The notes under the pieces were generated by a model that ran no database searches, was not told where the DNA came from, and worked only from the letters and a program-made list of their open reading frames with translations. Positions 9,926 to 20,685 of a DNA stretch of 64,000 nucleotides are shown here, in pieces (positions within the stretch are counted from its first letter, which is position 1; the number at the start of each line of letters is the position of its first letter). The stretch is from assembly GCA_963720465.1 (NCBI GenBank), contig OY970393.1:1728001-1792000 (forward strand), read 5' to 3'. A program made the position numbers and the translations under genes. This DNA is from Methanobacteriota archaeon (GTDB taxonomy: Archaea > Halobacteriota > Bog-38 > Methanoflorentales > Methanoflorentaceae).

Positions 9926-10202
9926 AGTCCTATTTCTAAGCTGTGAAGCTGAACAGGGTGCCTGCGCAGCACGCTGACACGCAACGCGGGCTGGTCGAGG
10001 AATTGAAGCACACCGTCGCATCGACAGGCATGTCGTCACGATCGACGACGTCCTGTTCGAGATTCTATGGGGGCGATGCTAATGTTCTCCTTGTTTTGCT
10101 CGTTTTTTGTCACTAACCGGCGTGAAAGTGTACCACACTTTCTCGGCTAAGCCCACATTTAAGTGTGCAGAATGTATTATACAGGGCGAAGGGGACACCG
10201 TT

Positions 10203-10367
10203 ATGCAGCGCGAACGAATTTGCCGCAACTGGGCGGTCGGCATGAGCAAAGAGATCTATGATTGGATGTTCGACCGAGCGGAAAAATTAGCGGCTGCGCG
10301 GCAAGAAAAAGTGAGCATCGACCAAGCAAGTCAGCTTCGCCGTCAGTCAAAACTAACGCCTTGGTGA
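10203..10367 (+). CDS. small hypothetical protein
   Basis: Short ORF with purine-rich upstream sequence; no family recognised. Confidence 0.3.
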   Translation: MQRERICRNWAVGMSKEIYDWMFDRAEKLAAARQEKVSIDQASQLRRQSKLTPW

Positions 10368-10524
10368 GCATTTTTTCCCTCCTACTCGGTGCTACTCACA
10401 TGGACTGCATGACATATTTTATGTGTGGTTTTTTCTAATGGCGATATTGGCGCCAAATGGCTGTCATTCCTAGCGGCGAGTGTCAGCCGAGTTCTAATAC
10501 GCTTATGAATACTCATACGCCCAC

Positions 10525-10770
10525 CCGTATTCCCGATTTTGATGTATCTGCACCTGAATCCTCTTGATGATTCGTCGCAACTGTTAGCGTGCGCTATTGG
10601 GTAGCCAGCCGTCGTGCGCGCGGTCCTGCAGATACTGATAAGCTTCCCAACTGGTCGAGCACTTCCTAAAAAGTTGTTCCATATGGCATAGTCGTTTTTG
10701 TAGTCTGCGATTTCGAGGATGAGTTCATCAACCTCGACACTCGATCGTGGTCCATGAGGCAAGATGGTGG
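10525..10770 (-). repeat. degraded copy 2 of the 7.33-7.58 kb element
   Basis: About 245-bp direct repeat, e.g. shared TTTGATGTATCTGCACCTGAATCCTCTTGAT; frameshifts plus TAA at 10584-10586. Confidence 0.85.
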
Positions 10771-11608
10771 GTATATCGGGGTAAAGTTAGTCTAAAAGTA
10801 ACGCGAAAATGTGGACAAGACGCAACCAAGGCTGTTGACCGGCCCGCTTACTTTTTATAAGAAACACCTATTCGGACCAAGCATCGACCCGTGCAACGGG
10901 GGCGGTCACAGCCTTAGAATGCTAAACCGAGGCATTCCATAGGTACAGCTAAAACCTATTTGAAGTTTTATTACAAATTTAGTACGTTACGGTGTGTCAC
11001 CGCATCAGGATTTGCTTCTCTAACGCGCTTTAAGAGAGGAACAGTTAAATCAACGCCCATCGTAGTGACGTAATGGAGGTGAAAAACTTGGTAGGACCAG
11101 TGGGAAAAGCCGCAGCCGTTCATCATCACAGAGAAAAGAAGGATGATGACAAGAAGGATGATGACGTCATAGAACACAAGGGAGCGGCGGTTGCAGTGCA
11201 TCACAGACGCAAATAGAGGGTGTACATGCGGGCTCTCAAAACGGCGGCAGCGACATAAAGCAAAGCGTGTTTCAATGAGCTGTTCTTTCTTTTTTTTGAT
11301 TTCCTTTATTTTTTAGGCCTCCTTTCTCAATCTCAACAGTCGGAATCGTTCTGCCGCTTCGACGGTGCTTCTTGGTCGCATACCAGCACGCCAGAATAGT
11401 CTCTGATATGGCGCGGAAGGCGGCACTCACACAAGCGGAACGTGCTGTTTATCGCCACGCAGCAGACAATGGGCGTATTTTGCGCACCTTTGGCAGTGCA
11501 GCATATCTGAAACAAAACGAAGGGAAAAAAATGACTTCAATTGTTATGATGATGGAAGCGTTACGCCAAGAGCTATAGACTAAAATGAGATTGATTAGAG
11601 GAAATCCT

Positions 11609-12263
11609 GTGGCCCAAACAGATCCTTTCTTGATTGCAATAGGCACTCCAGGGTTGTTGGTCTTCATCATCAGGAGGCATGGCCTTCACTGTCGGGCTCA
11701 CGGTTTTGCTAATGGTGGTAACCGTTGTCTTTCTGCCCCTCGTTCTGCCGCTCATATTGACCGGCGTACAGGTCAATCGGTGGGATATCGCAAAAAGCCT
11801 CATTTTTTTGATGCTGCTCCCACTTGCAATTGCTCTTGTCATTCGGGCAAGGTACGAGGAAATGGCAATTAGCCTGGAAATGGCAATTAGCCTTATTCCT
11901 ACTGCAAGAATGGCCACCAACCTCTCTTTAGTGGTAGTGTTCATCGGGTACTTCGTGGCTTATTTCGGCGAGATTATTAGCATTATCGGAACTGGCGGAA
12001 TTATTTCGGCAGTGCTGCTCATCGTTTTAGCCACCATCGTAGGCTATTTGGTTGGAGGAAAGAGCGTGGATACCAAGAAGGTTCTTAGCCTCGGAACAGG
12101 CACGAGAAACTTTGGGGCCGCATTTGCTGTCGCTACCAGCAATTTCCAGAGCACTCCTGAGGTAACGACAGAGATTCTCGTGTTGACATCGTGGGACCGT
12201 TATCCTGATGCTCATCGCCGAAGAGTTTGGAAAGCGATGCAAGAGCCCCCCTCTAGAAGCTAG
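11609..12263 (+). pseudogene. bile acid:sodium symporter (BASS) family pseudogene
   Basis: LGTGTRNFGAAFAVA motif; out-of-frame junction near 11672 implies an internal deletion; 18-bp tandem duplication 11859-11894; 3' frameshift. Confidence 0.75.
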
Positions 12264-12635
12264 GGCGTAGGCCGAGCGAATCCGAGCTATCAGATATACT
12301 TACGCAAGCACTCCCGAAGCACGATGGCCGTTTCACAAAACTCATTAACCACGTTCCCATCGTGGTCCCGATAAACGCCCAGGTCGTCTTTGAACATTAC
12401 CATCGGCGGATACTTTTCGCCGTCGCCGTTGTGTTTTTCCAGTCTCGTATGCGTTTTAGTATGCTAAAATCACTCATCTCAATAGCTTTGCAGCTACGCG
12501 CCTCAAGCTTTGCGAGTCGTTCTTCGATCGAGCCAGCCTCTCCGGTTCGAGCCAAGGCAAAACGTCGATGCGGTCCGGGCCGCGTTCGTATTTATGGTAT
12601 GAGATCGCTGATAATCGGCAAGGAGACTCTAGACT

Positions 12636-12858
12636 ATGAAGGTAGAACGGGACAAAGGCAACGAGGCAGTACGGCTGGCTGAGTTCAACGATTTGGAAGA
12701 AACGGTCGCGGACATCGCTAGTCGTGTCGAAGCCATGGAAAAAACACGTCAGGACACGCAACCCTAACGCGCAAATAAAGACAATCAAAGATCTACTGCG
12801 GCGCGTTGAAGCTATCGAACAGCATATACGGCAGCACCACCCGAACGATATGAAATAG
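12636..12858 (+). pseudogene. small internally repeated coiled-coil protein, +1 frameshift in A6 run
   Basis: Removing one A gives ..RVEAMEKHVRTRNPN..RVEAIEQHIRQHHPN; AGGAG SD. Confidence 0.5.
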
Positions 12859-13010
12859 ATAAGCCTCTAGGTTAGACGGCGTCTGTGCTTGAGCATGCTT
12901 CGTGCACTGACTGATGCCTTCTCAATCACTGCGTGCACCAAAAAAGCATCGTTTCACTACCGTAAAACAGTCGGGCTGCTGCGCATCAATTTCACGGATT
13001 AGCTTTTGTA

Positions 13011-15461
13011 TCAACTCGCGGCAGGCACGTGCCGGCTAGTGGCTTGGATCCTGAAGCGGAGCACTTTAACCCATTCTTGCCACGAGGCGCACACGAAGGA
13101 GATTGCAAATACGGTTGCAAGTTGAACGATCGTCACGGAAGCGAGCTTGAAATAAGCGCTAAGCTCAGGAGTGCCGATCGCGACAAAGAGGAAGGCAATT
13201 GCGGCCAGCGCCCACACATCCATGGCCCTATTGGCAAAGATCCCAGAGTGATACAGGGGATCTGTCTCCGACCGCGACACAAAAGCGAGGATCATAAGGC
13301 TGAATATCCAAGCGGCAAACGCGAACGTTTGTGCTTGCACAAGAGGCAGACCCTGCCAGAGCGCGTAGAAGTACGAGATGGTGACCCCGGCGAAAAGGCT
13401 GAGCCCCGAAGCCGCAACTCCCTTGAGCATAGCAGAATTCACGAAACGCTCTTTCAGATCCCGCGGGAGATCAGAGTAAATGCGTCCCTCGGCCGGTTCG
13501 GCGACAAAGGCTGCAGATGCCCCCAAGTCCATGAACAGTTCGAGGACGATGATCTGAATCGGTGCAAGGGGGAAGGCGATGCCAGCAAGCACCGGCAAGA
13601 GAAAGATTAGGATGAGGGCGGCTTTTACGGAGAGGTAAAACTTGACCCCCTTCCGGAGGTTCTCAAAGAACTTACGCCCCTCAAAAACGCCCCGCCCAAT
13701 CAAAACGAAGTTGTCATTGGACAGCACGATGTCTGCCGCCTCTTTGGCCGCATCCGTGCCCTTGATGCCCATGGCGATGCCGATGTCGGCGCCTTTCAAC
13801 GCGAGGGTGTCGTTGATCCCATCTCCGGTGACCGCAACGATCTCGCCATTGTGCTGAAGCGCTGTTACGAGGCGATACTTGTGTTCGGGCGTCGTCCGCG
13901 CGAATACCGCAACCGTTTTTACCGAGTCTTGCAGCTCCCCGTCCGATAGGCGATCCAGCTCATCGCCCGTCATGATCTTGCTGCCATCAATGCCTACGCT
14001 TTGGGCTACAAAATGCGCCGTCAGGGGGTGGTCGCCTGTCACCATGATCGTGCGTATTCCAGCGCTCCGTGCGCGTTCGACGGTTTCTTTCACCTCCTTT
14101 CGCGGCGGGTCTTCAAGAAATAGCATCCCCGATAAGGTCATTTCCTTCTCGAGTTCTGAGAAAGGCAGATCGCGCGCAGCAGGCAGAAGCGTCCTCTCGG
14201 CGACGGCAATGGCCCGTCTTCCCTTGGCCGTTTCGTTCCTGAGCGCTTCTTCGAAAGAGCCGGTTGCGTCTTTTGTGAGGGCGAGAATCTCTTCGGGGGC
14301 CCCACTCATGAACAACCGCGCCTCGCCGTCCAAAACTCGCACCGTGGAGCGCGTTTTTCGTTCACTGTCAAAGCTTCGCTCACGAACGAGCGAGCCGATC
14401 GTTGGCGCCAGCCCCGTCTGCGCCCGCTCAAGGGTTGCGAGATCGGTCGCTGAGGTCGGAAACTCCGGCAGCGCCCCAAGCGCGGCTGCGATTGCGTCGT
14501 TCTCGCTCTCGTGAGGGAATACCGAAACAACACGCATCTTATTCTCGGTAATGGTACCCGTTTTATCCGTGAGTATGACGGTCGCGTCCCCCAACACCTC
14601 TGCGGCCTTGATCCTCTTTACCAAGAAGCCCTTCTTAGAGAGTTGGTACGCCCCTAAACCGAGCACCATGGTGATGATGATAGGGAGTTCTTCGGGGATG
14701 GTAGCAAATGCCAACGCGAGCCCGGTGAGAAACATCTGATAAAGGTTTTGACCACGCAGGAATCCCAGAAACGGGATGGCTATGCTAAACGCGAGGGCCA
14801 CTCCCACCAAGCTCTTTGCCAAGGACTTCATTGCAAGCTGCAAGGGCGTCTTTGGCTCCTTGATCTCCTCCGCACGCGCTGAAATGGCGCCGATCTTGCT
14901 GGAAGCTCCCGTTGCAAAAACGATCGCGGTGCCTTCGCCTGCAACGGCGAGCGTGCCTGCATAGACGTCGTCGTCGGCCTTTCGCTCTTGAGGGAAAGAT
15001 TCACCGGTTAGCGACGATTCGTCGATAGACAGACTCAACGACTGCGTTACGTGCGCGTCGCCCGCCACCCGCGTACCCGACGAGATGAGGAGCACATCAC
15101 CCGCCACGACCAATTCGGTCTTAATATTCGTGGTAACGCCATCGCGTAAGACCCGTGCGGTGGGTGCGGCCAGTTGCGAGAGCGACGATATGGTCTTTTT
15201 GGCGCGGTACTCGTTCCAGACCTCTGCGAAGATAAGGGCAGCGATGATCGCAAAGATGGTGATCGTGTCACCCAGTTCACCGCCAAGCGCGTAAAAAAAG
15301 CCTACCGCGAAGAGAAGGAGGATCATCGGCTCCGTGATCTCCTCCCTGACGATGCTGATGAAACGGACGGTATGCGGCTTGAAGAGCGTATTATATCCGT
15401 ACTCAGCAAGGCGCTTTTCAGCTTCCGCCGTGGTCAGCCCGTTTCCTTCGTCTGCTTGCAT
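13011..15461 (-). CDS. cation-transporting P-type ATPase (P2-like)
   Basis: LTGES, IPEEL, DKTGT, TGDGIND. Confidence 0.96.
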   Translation of the reverse strand: MQADEGNGLTTAEAEKRLAEYGYNTLFKPHTVRFISIVREEITEPMILLLFAVGFFYALGGELGDTITIFAIIAALIFAEVWNEYRAKKTISSLSQLAAPTARVLRDGVTTNIKTELVVAGDVLLISSGTRVAGDAHVTQSLSLSIDESSLTGESFPQERKADDDVYAGTLAVAGEGTAIVFATGASSKIGAISARAEEIKEPKTPLQLAMKSLAKSLVGVALAFSIAIPFLGFLRGQNLYQMFLTGLALAFATIPEELPIIITMVLGLGAYQLSKKGFLVKRIKAAEVLGDATVILTDKTGTITENKMRVVSVFPHESENDAIAAALGALPEFPTSATDLATLERAQTGLAPTIGSLVRERSFDSERKTRSTVRVLDGEARLFMSGAPEEILALTKDATGSFEEALRNETAKGRRAIAVAERTLLPAARDLPFSELEKEMTLSGMLFLEDPPRKEVKETVERARSAGIRTIMVTGDHPLTAHFVAQSVGIDGSKIMTGDELDRLSDGELQDSVKTVAVFARTTPEHKYRLVTALQHNGEIVAVTGDGINDTLALKGADIGIAMGIKGTDAAKEAADIVLSNDNFVLIGRGVFEGRKFFENLRKGVKFYLSVKAALILIFLLPVLAGIAFPLAPIQIIVLELFMDLGASAAFVAEPAEGRIYSDLPRDLKERFVNSAMLKGVAASGLSLFAGVTISYFYALWQGLPLVQAQTFAFAAWIFSLMILAFVSRSETDPLYHSGIFANRAMDVWALAAIAFLFVAIGTPELSAYFKLASVTIVQLATVFAISFVCASWQEWVKVLRFRIQATSRHVPAAS

Positions 15462-15740
15462 GCTCGTCTGTACTGTGCTCCAAATCGATCGAAACGGCCA
15501 GTCTAGCCTGAAGTGATCAGATATAGCAATGCGCCCTTATTTATGTTGCGCCCTGCTTTTCGGAGATGTTTCGCGCCTGGGGCTTTTATTCTCGGGCACG
15601 TGCTCGTGCACCGTTTGGTTGACTGCAGTTATCCACGTCTCGTCACTCTTCGAGCTAATCGCGCGCGCGCAAAACGTCTCATTCGTCGAACGGCACACGT
15701 TTATCGAATAAGGCTACAAAGGTTAATGGAGGTGATTGTT

Positions 15741-15842
15741 TTGGAACAGCGCCAACTTGCGGGAATCTTCTTGATCGTTCTAATTGTCTTTTTCTTTGTG
15801 CTCTGGTGGCTGCTTGCTTACCAATTCCGTGTTCTAGGCTAG
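15741..15842 (+). CDS. 33-aa single-pass membrane microprotein
   Basis: GGAGGTGA SD then TTG; MEQRQLAGIFLIVLIVFFFVLWWLLAYQFRVLG. Confidence 0.55.
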   Translation: MEQRQLAGIFLIVLIVFFFVLWWLLAYQFRVLG

Positions 15843-16037
15843 TTTCTTGAGCGTTCTTGGGTCTCACGGCTGTATTTTGGGAGGTATCGCAGTTGAAGTA
15901 CAGGTACGGCAAGGAACGATCAGCCAAAGGGTGCAGCGTGCAGCCGCTGGGCATCATCTCCTTATGCCGCGACTGCCCTGCGTGGTCTCGCCCCTCGCTT
16001 TCGCGGCCCCCTTATTTGAATTGCGCGGTCAGTTGAC

Positions 16038-17441
16038 TTACGATACCGAATGTGCTTCTCGCGGCGATCGTTGCTTCACAATTGTCTTGGTTTTTGGTGC
16101 CAGCAGAGCGGCGTACGCCTTTTTGATGTCGTCAACGAAAAGATCTGCCATATCGCGACTGAAGTTCTGTCGGACGACGACGCGCATAATAGGGATTGCG
16201 TCGGCATTTGGTGGCAGCGTGTAGGCGGGAACAATCCAACCTCGTTCCCGCAGCTTGGCAGATAGATCATACACGGAGAAATCGACGGGTTCTTTGAGCT
16301 GGAACGTGACGACGGGAAGGATTTCAGCTCGGTTGAGGATATCGAAATGCCCCGTGTCCAAGAGCCGCTTGGTCAGGTATTGGGCGTGTTCTAGGACTGC
16401 CTTGGCGGCCATCGCGTACCCTTCCCAACCAAGCCGGAGCAGGTTGTAGTACTGCGCGAGCAACATGCCGCTGCCGCGCGAGAAATTAAGGGTGTAGCTG
16501 GGCATCTCATCGCCGAGGTAGTTCACGTAAAACACGAGTTCCTCCGGCAAGTCGGTGGTATCGCGGAAGATAAGCCACCCAAGGCCGGGATATACCAAGC
16601 CGTATTTGTGGGCGGACACGTTGATCGATTTCACTTGGGACAGTCTGAAATCCCACCGCAGCTCTGGTAGTGTGAACGGCAGGATGAACCCCCCGATTGC
16701 GGCATCGACGTGAATCGGAATATCCCATCCGCGTGTGTTCTTGACCTCGACAAGCAGGTCGTTAATCTCCTCGATTGGGTCGATCTCGCCAGTGAATGTC
16801 GTCCCGAGGATAACGCCGACACAGATAGTATTTTCGTCGATAAGGTCAGAAACTGCCTCCTTGGTGATGGTAAAACGACCCTCCTCGAGCGGTATCACCC
16901 GCGGCTCAACGTCGAAGTACTTGGCAAACTTGTCCCAGCAAATGTGTGCGTCGGCGCCGAAGATGATGTTCGGCTTATCATAGGGTTTTCCTTCTGCTTC
17001 GCGGCGTTTCCTCCACTGCCACTTGTGTGCGAGTGAGCCAAGCATCACCGCTTCGGATGAGCCGCCCGTTGCGGTGCCAGTGAACGTCACGGGGTCCGGC
17101 GCGTTGAAGAGGCGCGCAAGCATGTTGATGCAACGCTTGTGTATCACCTCGGTCTGTGGGTACTCGAACTGATCGGCGAAGTTTTTGTGGATGTTCTCTA
17201 CGATGAGTTGCGTCGCCTGCGGCTCCATCCAGGTCGTCACAAAGCTGGCGAGATTGAGGGCGGGATTGCCGTCCAAGTTCATCTCATCGTGTACCAGCTG
17301 ATACGCGCAGTCGGGCCGCATGCCAGTTCCAGACAGCTCGTACTTTGGCACCGGCATCGTGCAATAGCGTGAGGTGTACGCGGGCCCGACGACTTTCTCA
17401 GGCTCTTCGAGTTTCTCGAGGTCTACTTTGTGGGAGAGCAT
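16038..17441 (-). CDS. gadB: glutamate decarboxylase (PLP-dependent)
   Basis: LNLASFVTTWME, HVDAAIGGF, SINVSAHKYGLVYPG, LNFSR. Confidence 0.95.
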   Translation of the reverse strand: MLSHKVDLEKLEEPEKVVGPAYTSRYCTMPVPKYELSGTGMRPDCAYQLVHDEMNLDGNPALNLASFVTTWMEPQATQLIVENIHKNFADQFEYPQTEVIHKRCINMLARLFNAPDPVTFTGTATGGSSEAVMLGSLAHKWQWRKRREAEGKPYDKPNIIFGADAHICWDKFAKYFDVEPRVIPLEEGRFTITKEAVSDLIDENTICVGVILGTTFTGEIDPIEEINDLLVEVKNTRGWDIPIHVDAAIGGFILPFTLPELRWDFRLSQVKSINVSAHKYGLVYPGLGWLIFRDTTDLPEELVFYVNYLGDEMPSYTLNFSRGSGMLLAQYYNLLRLGWEGYAMAAKAVLEHAQYLTKRLLDTGHFDILNRAEILPVVTFQLKEPVDFSVYDLSAKLRERGWIVPAYTLPPNADAIPIMRVVVRQNFSRDMADLFVDDIKKAYAALLAPKTKTIVKQRSPREAHSVS

Positions 17442-17693
17442 AACACAAAGAGAGCAGCGATCTGTAAATAGTTGTCCACCATAAGAACGTAGTTTGCCGC
17501 TATACCGCCAAAGAAAGCCCCTCCATAGTGTTGTGCCTTTCGTCGCCCCGTTTTCCCCGTCGTCACTCGCTAAAACTGCCGGCTACGTGCAAGGTAGGGA
17601 CATTGTGCGTCCACGGCGACGAAAAGGGATCGCGTGCAGACGCGTGCTTCACTCCCCATCAGCATATATAGTAAGCACCGCAAAAGCGAGATT

Positions 17694-18152
17694 ATGGAAA
17701 AAAAGCGCGCCTTCATTGCTGGCCTAGTGATCGCGCTGCTATCCTTCGCAGTCGTTGTAGCCGGGTGCACGTCGAGCACGAGCAACAACAGTTCCTCGGC
17801 TGCGCCAACGCAAACGAGCCAGACCGTGCCGATGACAAAAACAGCAAACGTGACAAACGTGACGCCTGGAGAACCAATAACCGTGGCGGAGGGGCTAAAT
17901 TTCACGATAACGCTGCGGTCAAATCCTTCGACGGGATATAGTTGGGAGCCTCAGTTTAACCACACAGCGCTGTCGCTTGTAGACAGCGTGTTTGTCAGCG
18001 ACCCTAACCCGCATCATCTTGTCGGCGTGCCCGGATCGCAAGTCTTTACGTTTCAAGGCCTCGCGAAGGGAACGACCACAGTCACGTTCCAGAATGTCAG
18101 TCCGTCGCAAATCGTGACTGAACAAACGACGTACACGGTGACCGTTACATAA
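17694..18152 (+). CDS. chagasin/I42 cysteine-protease-inhibitor family lipoprotein
   Basis: Lipobox VAGC; SNPSTGYSW and VGVPG motifs. Confidence 0.88.
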   Translation: MEKKRAFIAGLVIALLSFAVVVAGCTSSTSNNSSSAAPTQTSQTVPMTKTANVTNVTPGEPITVAEGLNFTITLRSNPSTGYSWEPQFNHTALSLVDSVFVSDPNPHHLVGVPGSQVFTFQGLAKGTTTVTFQNVSPSQIVTEQTTYTVTVT

Positions 18153-18172
18153 TCTGGCACGAGGGCCACGCG

Positions 18173-18526
18173 TTAGCGCTGCCAAACGCGAAGTGATTTT
18201 GACAGCGCCGTAGTTTCGGCAACGGATGCGCCAAGAAGTATTGCGAGAAAGATCTGATCATCGACAGCGCCAAGACGCTTAGCTCCTTCAATGTGGGTTT
18301 CGAGACAATATTCGGATCCGAGAGCAGCTGCAGCTCCGATCGCGATGAGCTCTTTAGTAAGTCCAGTTAGCGCTTTGTCAGTCGCCAGCTGCTCATTCTT
18401 GTAGAAAAAGGTTTTGAGTGTTTCCGGATTGTGCCGGAGCTCTTGATAGATTCGGGGAACAAAGCCATAGTAGCTAGCCACTCTTTCCAATATCGCGCGC
18501 ACTTCCGCATCATCTTGTTCGTGCAT
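18173..18526 (-). CDS. carboxymuconolactone decarboxylase/AhpD family protein
   Basis: KELIAIGAAAALGSEYCLETHIEGAKRLG. Confidence 0.88.
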   Translation of the reverse strand: MHEQDDAEVRAILERVASYYGFVPRIYQELRHNPETLKTFFYKNEQLATDKALTGLTKELIAIGAAAALGSEYCLETHIEGAKRLGAVDDQIFLAILLGASVAETTALSKSLRVWQR

Positions 18527-18856
18527 CTCACACCTCTTCAGGACCTCGCCTGCTTCGGATCCGATTGCTGGCAGTCCGAGAACCTTGCATGCATAATGAT
18601 ACCACCGTTATAAGGATTACGTAGCCAGCGTATCGTTGCCATATAAAAGCGCCAAATGGGTCAACTGCGGTGCTCAAGGCGTCAAACATAAAAAATGTCG
18701 TTCCAAAACACGTGTTTGTGCTGGGCAATCCATTCTTTTCTCCTGACCGATGCCCGTGGTTAACGCGGCAGTCACGCACTTGGTGCACGGTTCTCGGTCA
18801 AAGGATGTAAGTATCAGCGTTACAAAGGCTTGCAAAAAAACTTCAAGGAGAATAAA

Positions 18857-19225
18857 ATGCCAAGAGTAGTGCACTTCGAGCTGCCTGCCGATGATCCAAA
18901 GCGGGCGGTAGCGTTTTACGAAAAGGTGTTTGGCTGGGCCATCATAAAGTGGGAAGGGCCGATGGATTACTGGCTAGTTGCCACCGGACCCGATGACGAA
19001 CCGGGAATCAACGGTGCGATAACACCGCGCATGATGCCTGAGCAGGTGACAACGAACACCGTAAGCGTCGCGTCTGTCGACGACTTCACGAAAAAGATTG
19101 TAGACGCTGGCGGAAACGTTATGATGCCAAAGCGGGCGGTTCCGGGCCAGGGGTACCTCGCCTACTGCACGGACACGGAAGGGAACGTTTTTGGCGTGAT
19201 GGAGATGGACCCGTCCGCGAAGTAA
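18857..19225 (+). CDS. VOC/glyoxalase family protein
   Basis: VVHFEL..FYEKVFGW..DTEGNVFGVME. Confidence 0.93.
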   Translation: MPRVVHFELPADDPKRAVAFYEKVFGWAIIKWEGPMDYWLVATGPDDEPGINGAITPRMMPEQVTTNTVSVASVDDFTKKIVDAGGNVMMPKRAVPGQGYLAYCTDTEGNVFGVMEMDPSAK

Positions 19226-19578
19226 CACGACCTGATTGCTGACGAGCTCTGACGACACTGGCTCTGTTGGCTCCGTGCATTCCCAAGGCTTGTGCGTGGG
19301 AATCCACGCCAAGCTCGATCTCAACTTGTAGTCACGCAGTGAAACGTATCAATGCGGGTGCGGCACTTTCTTTTCTTACCACGACACTTGAATCGCTTCT
19401 TCAAGCCGCATTGCTGGTGCGACGTGGGCCACGCCGAGGCCCTCCCCTTCTTTCTTCTCAAGTAACACGTTAGCAACTGCCGTTCGTTTGGATTTAAGCT
19501 TGGTAGTTGTGCTGCGTGTGCAAATCGCGCACAACCGGGGTTAATAGTATAAGCAGGGTTTAGCATTGTTTATCCGTA

Positions 19579-19878
19579 GTGATTGGCATGGATCTGAAAG
19601 AGTTGCGCGAGCAGTACTATGATGAGTGGGTCGGAAATGACCTCGAATTTAAAGGCTTGGATGGCTATTTGTATCACGGCTTTCTGTCTGACTGGCTCGA
19701 GGACGGATCGCTCGTCTTTAACAGCCTTACCACGATCAGTCTCGGTGATAACGGGGTGCAGCAGGAATTGAATTCGTGGGGTGAGTCGTTCTGGCTCGTC
19801 ATCAACAGTGCTTCTATAGCCTACATAATCTCAACAAAGTCCATAGAGAGTAAGCGAAGCAAGTCCGCAGGCCGTTAG
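19579..19878 (+). CDS. hypothetical protein, possibly Sm/LSm-like fold
   Basis: DGYLYHGFL..LVF and LVINSASIAYI resemble Sm1/Sm2 patterns. Confidence 0.5.
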   Translation: MIGMDLKELREQYYDEWVGNDLEFKGLDGYLYHGFLSDWLEDGSLVFNSLTTISLGDNGVQQELNSWGESFWLVINSASIAYIISTKSIESKRSKSAGR

Positions 19879-19956
19879 TAATCCTCTGTGTGAGCTTTAT
19901 CGACAATCGAAAATCAGCGCAGACGCGTTGAGCTGGCCATCTTTTTCTACGGAGAC

Positions 19957-20624
19957 TTACGTGAAACCTTTCAACCGTACAACTTCTTGTAGCGGCCGTC
20001 TGGGGCTTCGGTACTGATTTAGCGGATGTTGCCGATCGCGGTACCCCAATGCGACGCCCATTAATATCAGCACGTCTTCCGGAATTTCCAGTTCTGCGCG
20101 AATGAGGTCAGGGTAGGAAATCAGAAGCGCCGCGGCAGCTGAATCAACGCCGTACTGCTGTCCCGCGAGCATGATACTCTGCGCAAGCAGCCCCATATCA
20201 AATATCGACCACGCTGTAGCGTGCGGTCCATGCAAAGGTACACCACTGTCGGCGCTCCAAAGAACTGATGGGCGCGCTCTAACATGACGTGCCGCGTCGC
20301 TGCGTCGTCGCGTTCGGTGCCCAGGGATTCAAAGCGTGCGGCCCTCAGTTCGTCCATGCGCTTTTGCAGAGTGGATGGCCATTCCTGCGGTGCAGGTAGA
20401 TCGGGGCTGCCAGGCACCCTTTCCTTGAAGCGTTCCTCATAAGCGTGACGAATCCGGTCCAGCGCGTCCCCGCCAGCAACAAAGAGTTCCCATGGCTGAG
20501 TATTGCCTGATGAGGGAGCACGGGTCGCGGCATCCAGAATCTTAAGAATCGTCCCCTCGTGCACAGGATCTGGTTCAAACGCACGGACCGTAAAACGAGA
20601 GTTTAGCGCATCTATAACATCCAT
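19957..20624 (-). pseudogene. nitroreductase, frameshifted
   Basis: RFTVRAF, APSSGNTQPW; 1-nt deletion near 20217 splits it into two ORFs. Confidence 0.88.
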
Positions 20625-20685
20625 GAAACTTTGCCTGCCTATCTATTAAGCCCCAAAGACGTGGGAAATCGTGAACGCGCACAGC

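Noticed and set aside
13029-17372. Many long antisense or overlapping ORFs in the track (also opposite other genes)
   Set aside because: Shadow frames of GC-rich coding genes with no motifs or ribosome-binding sites
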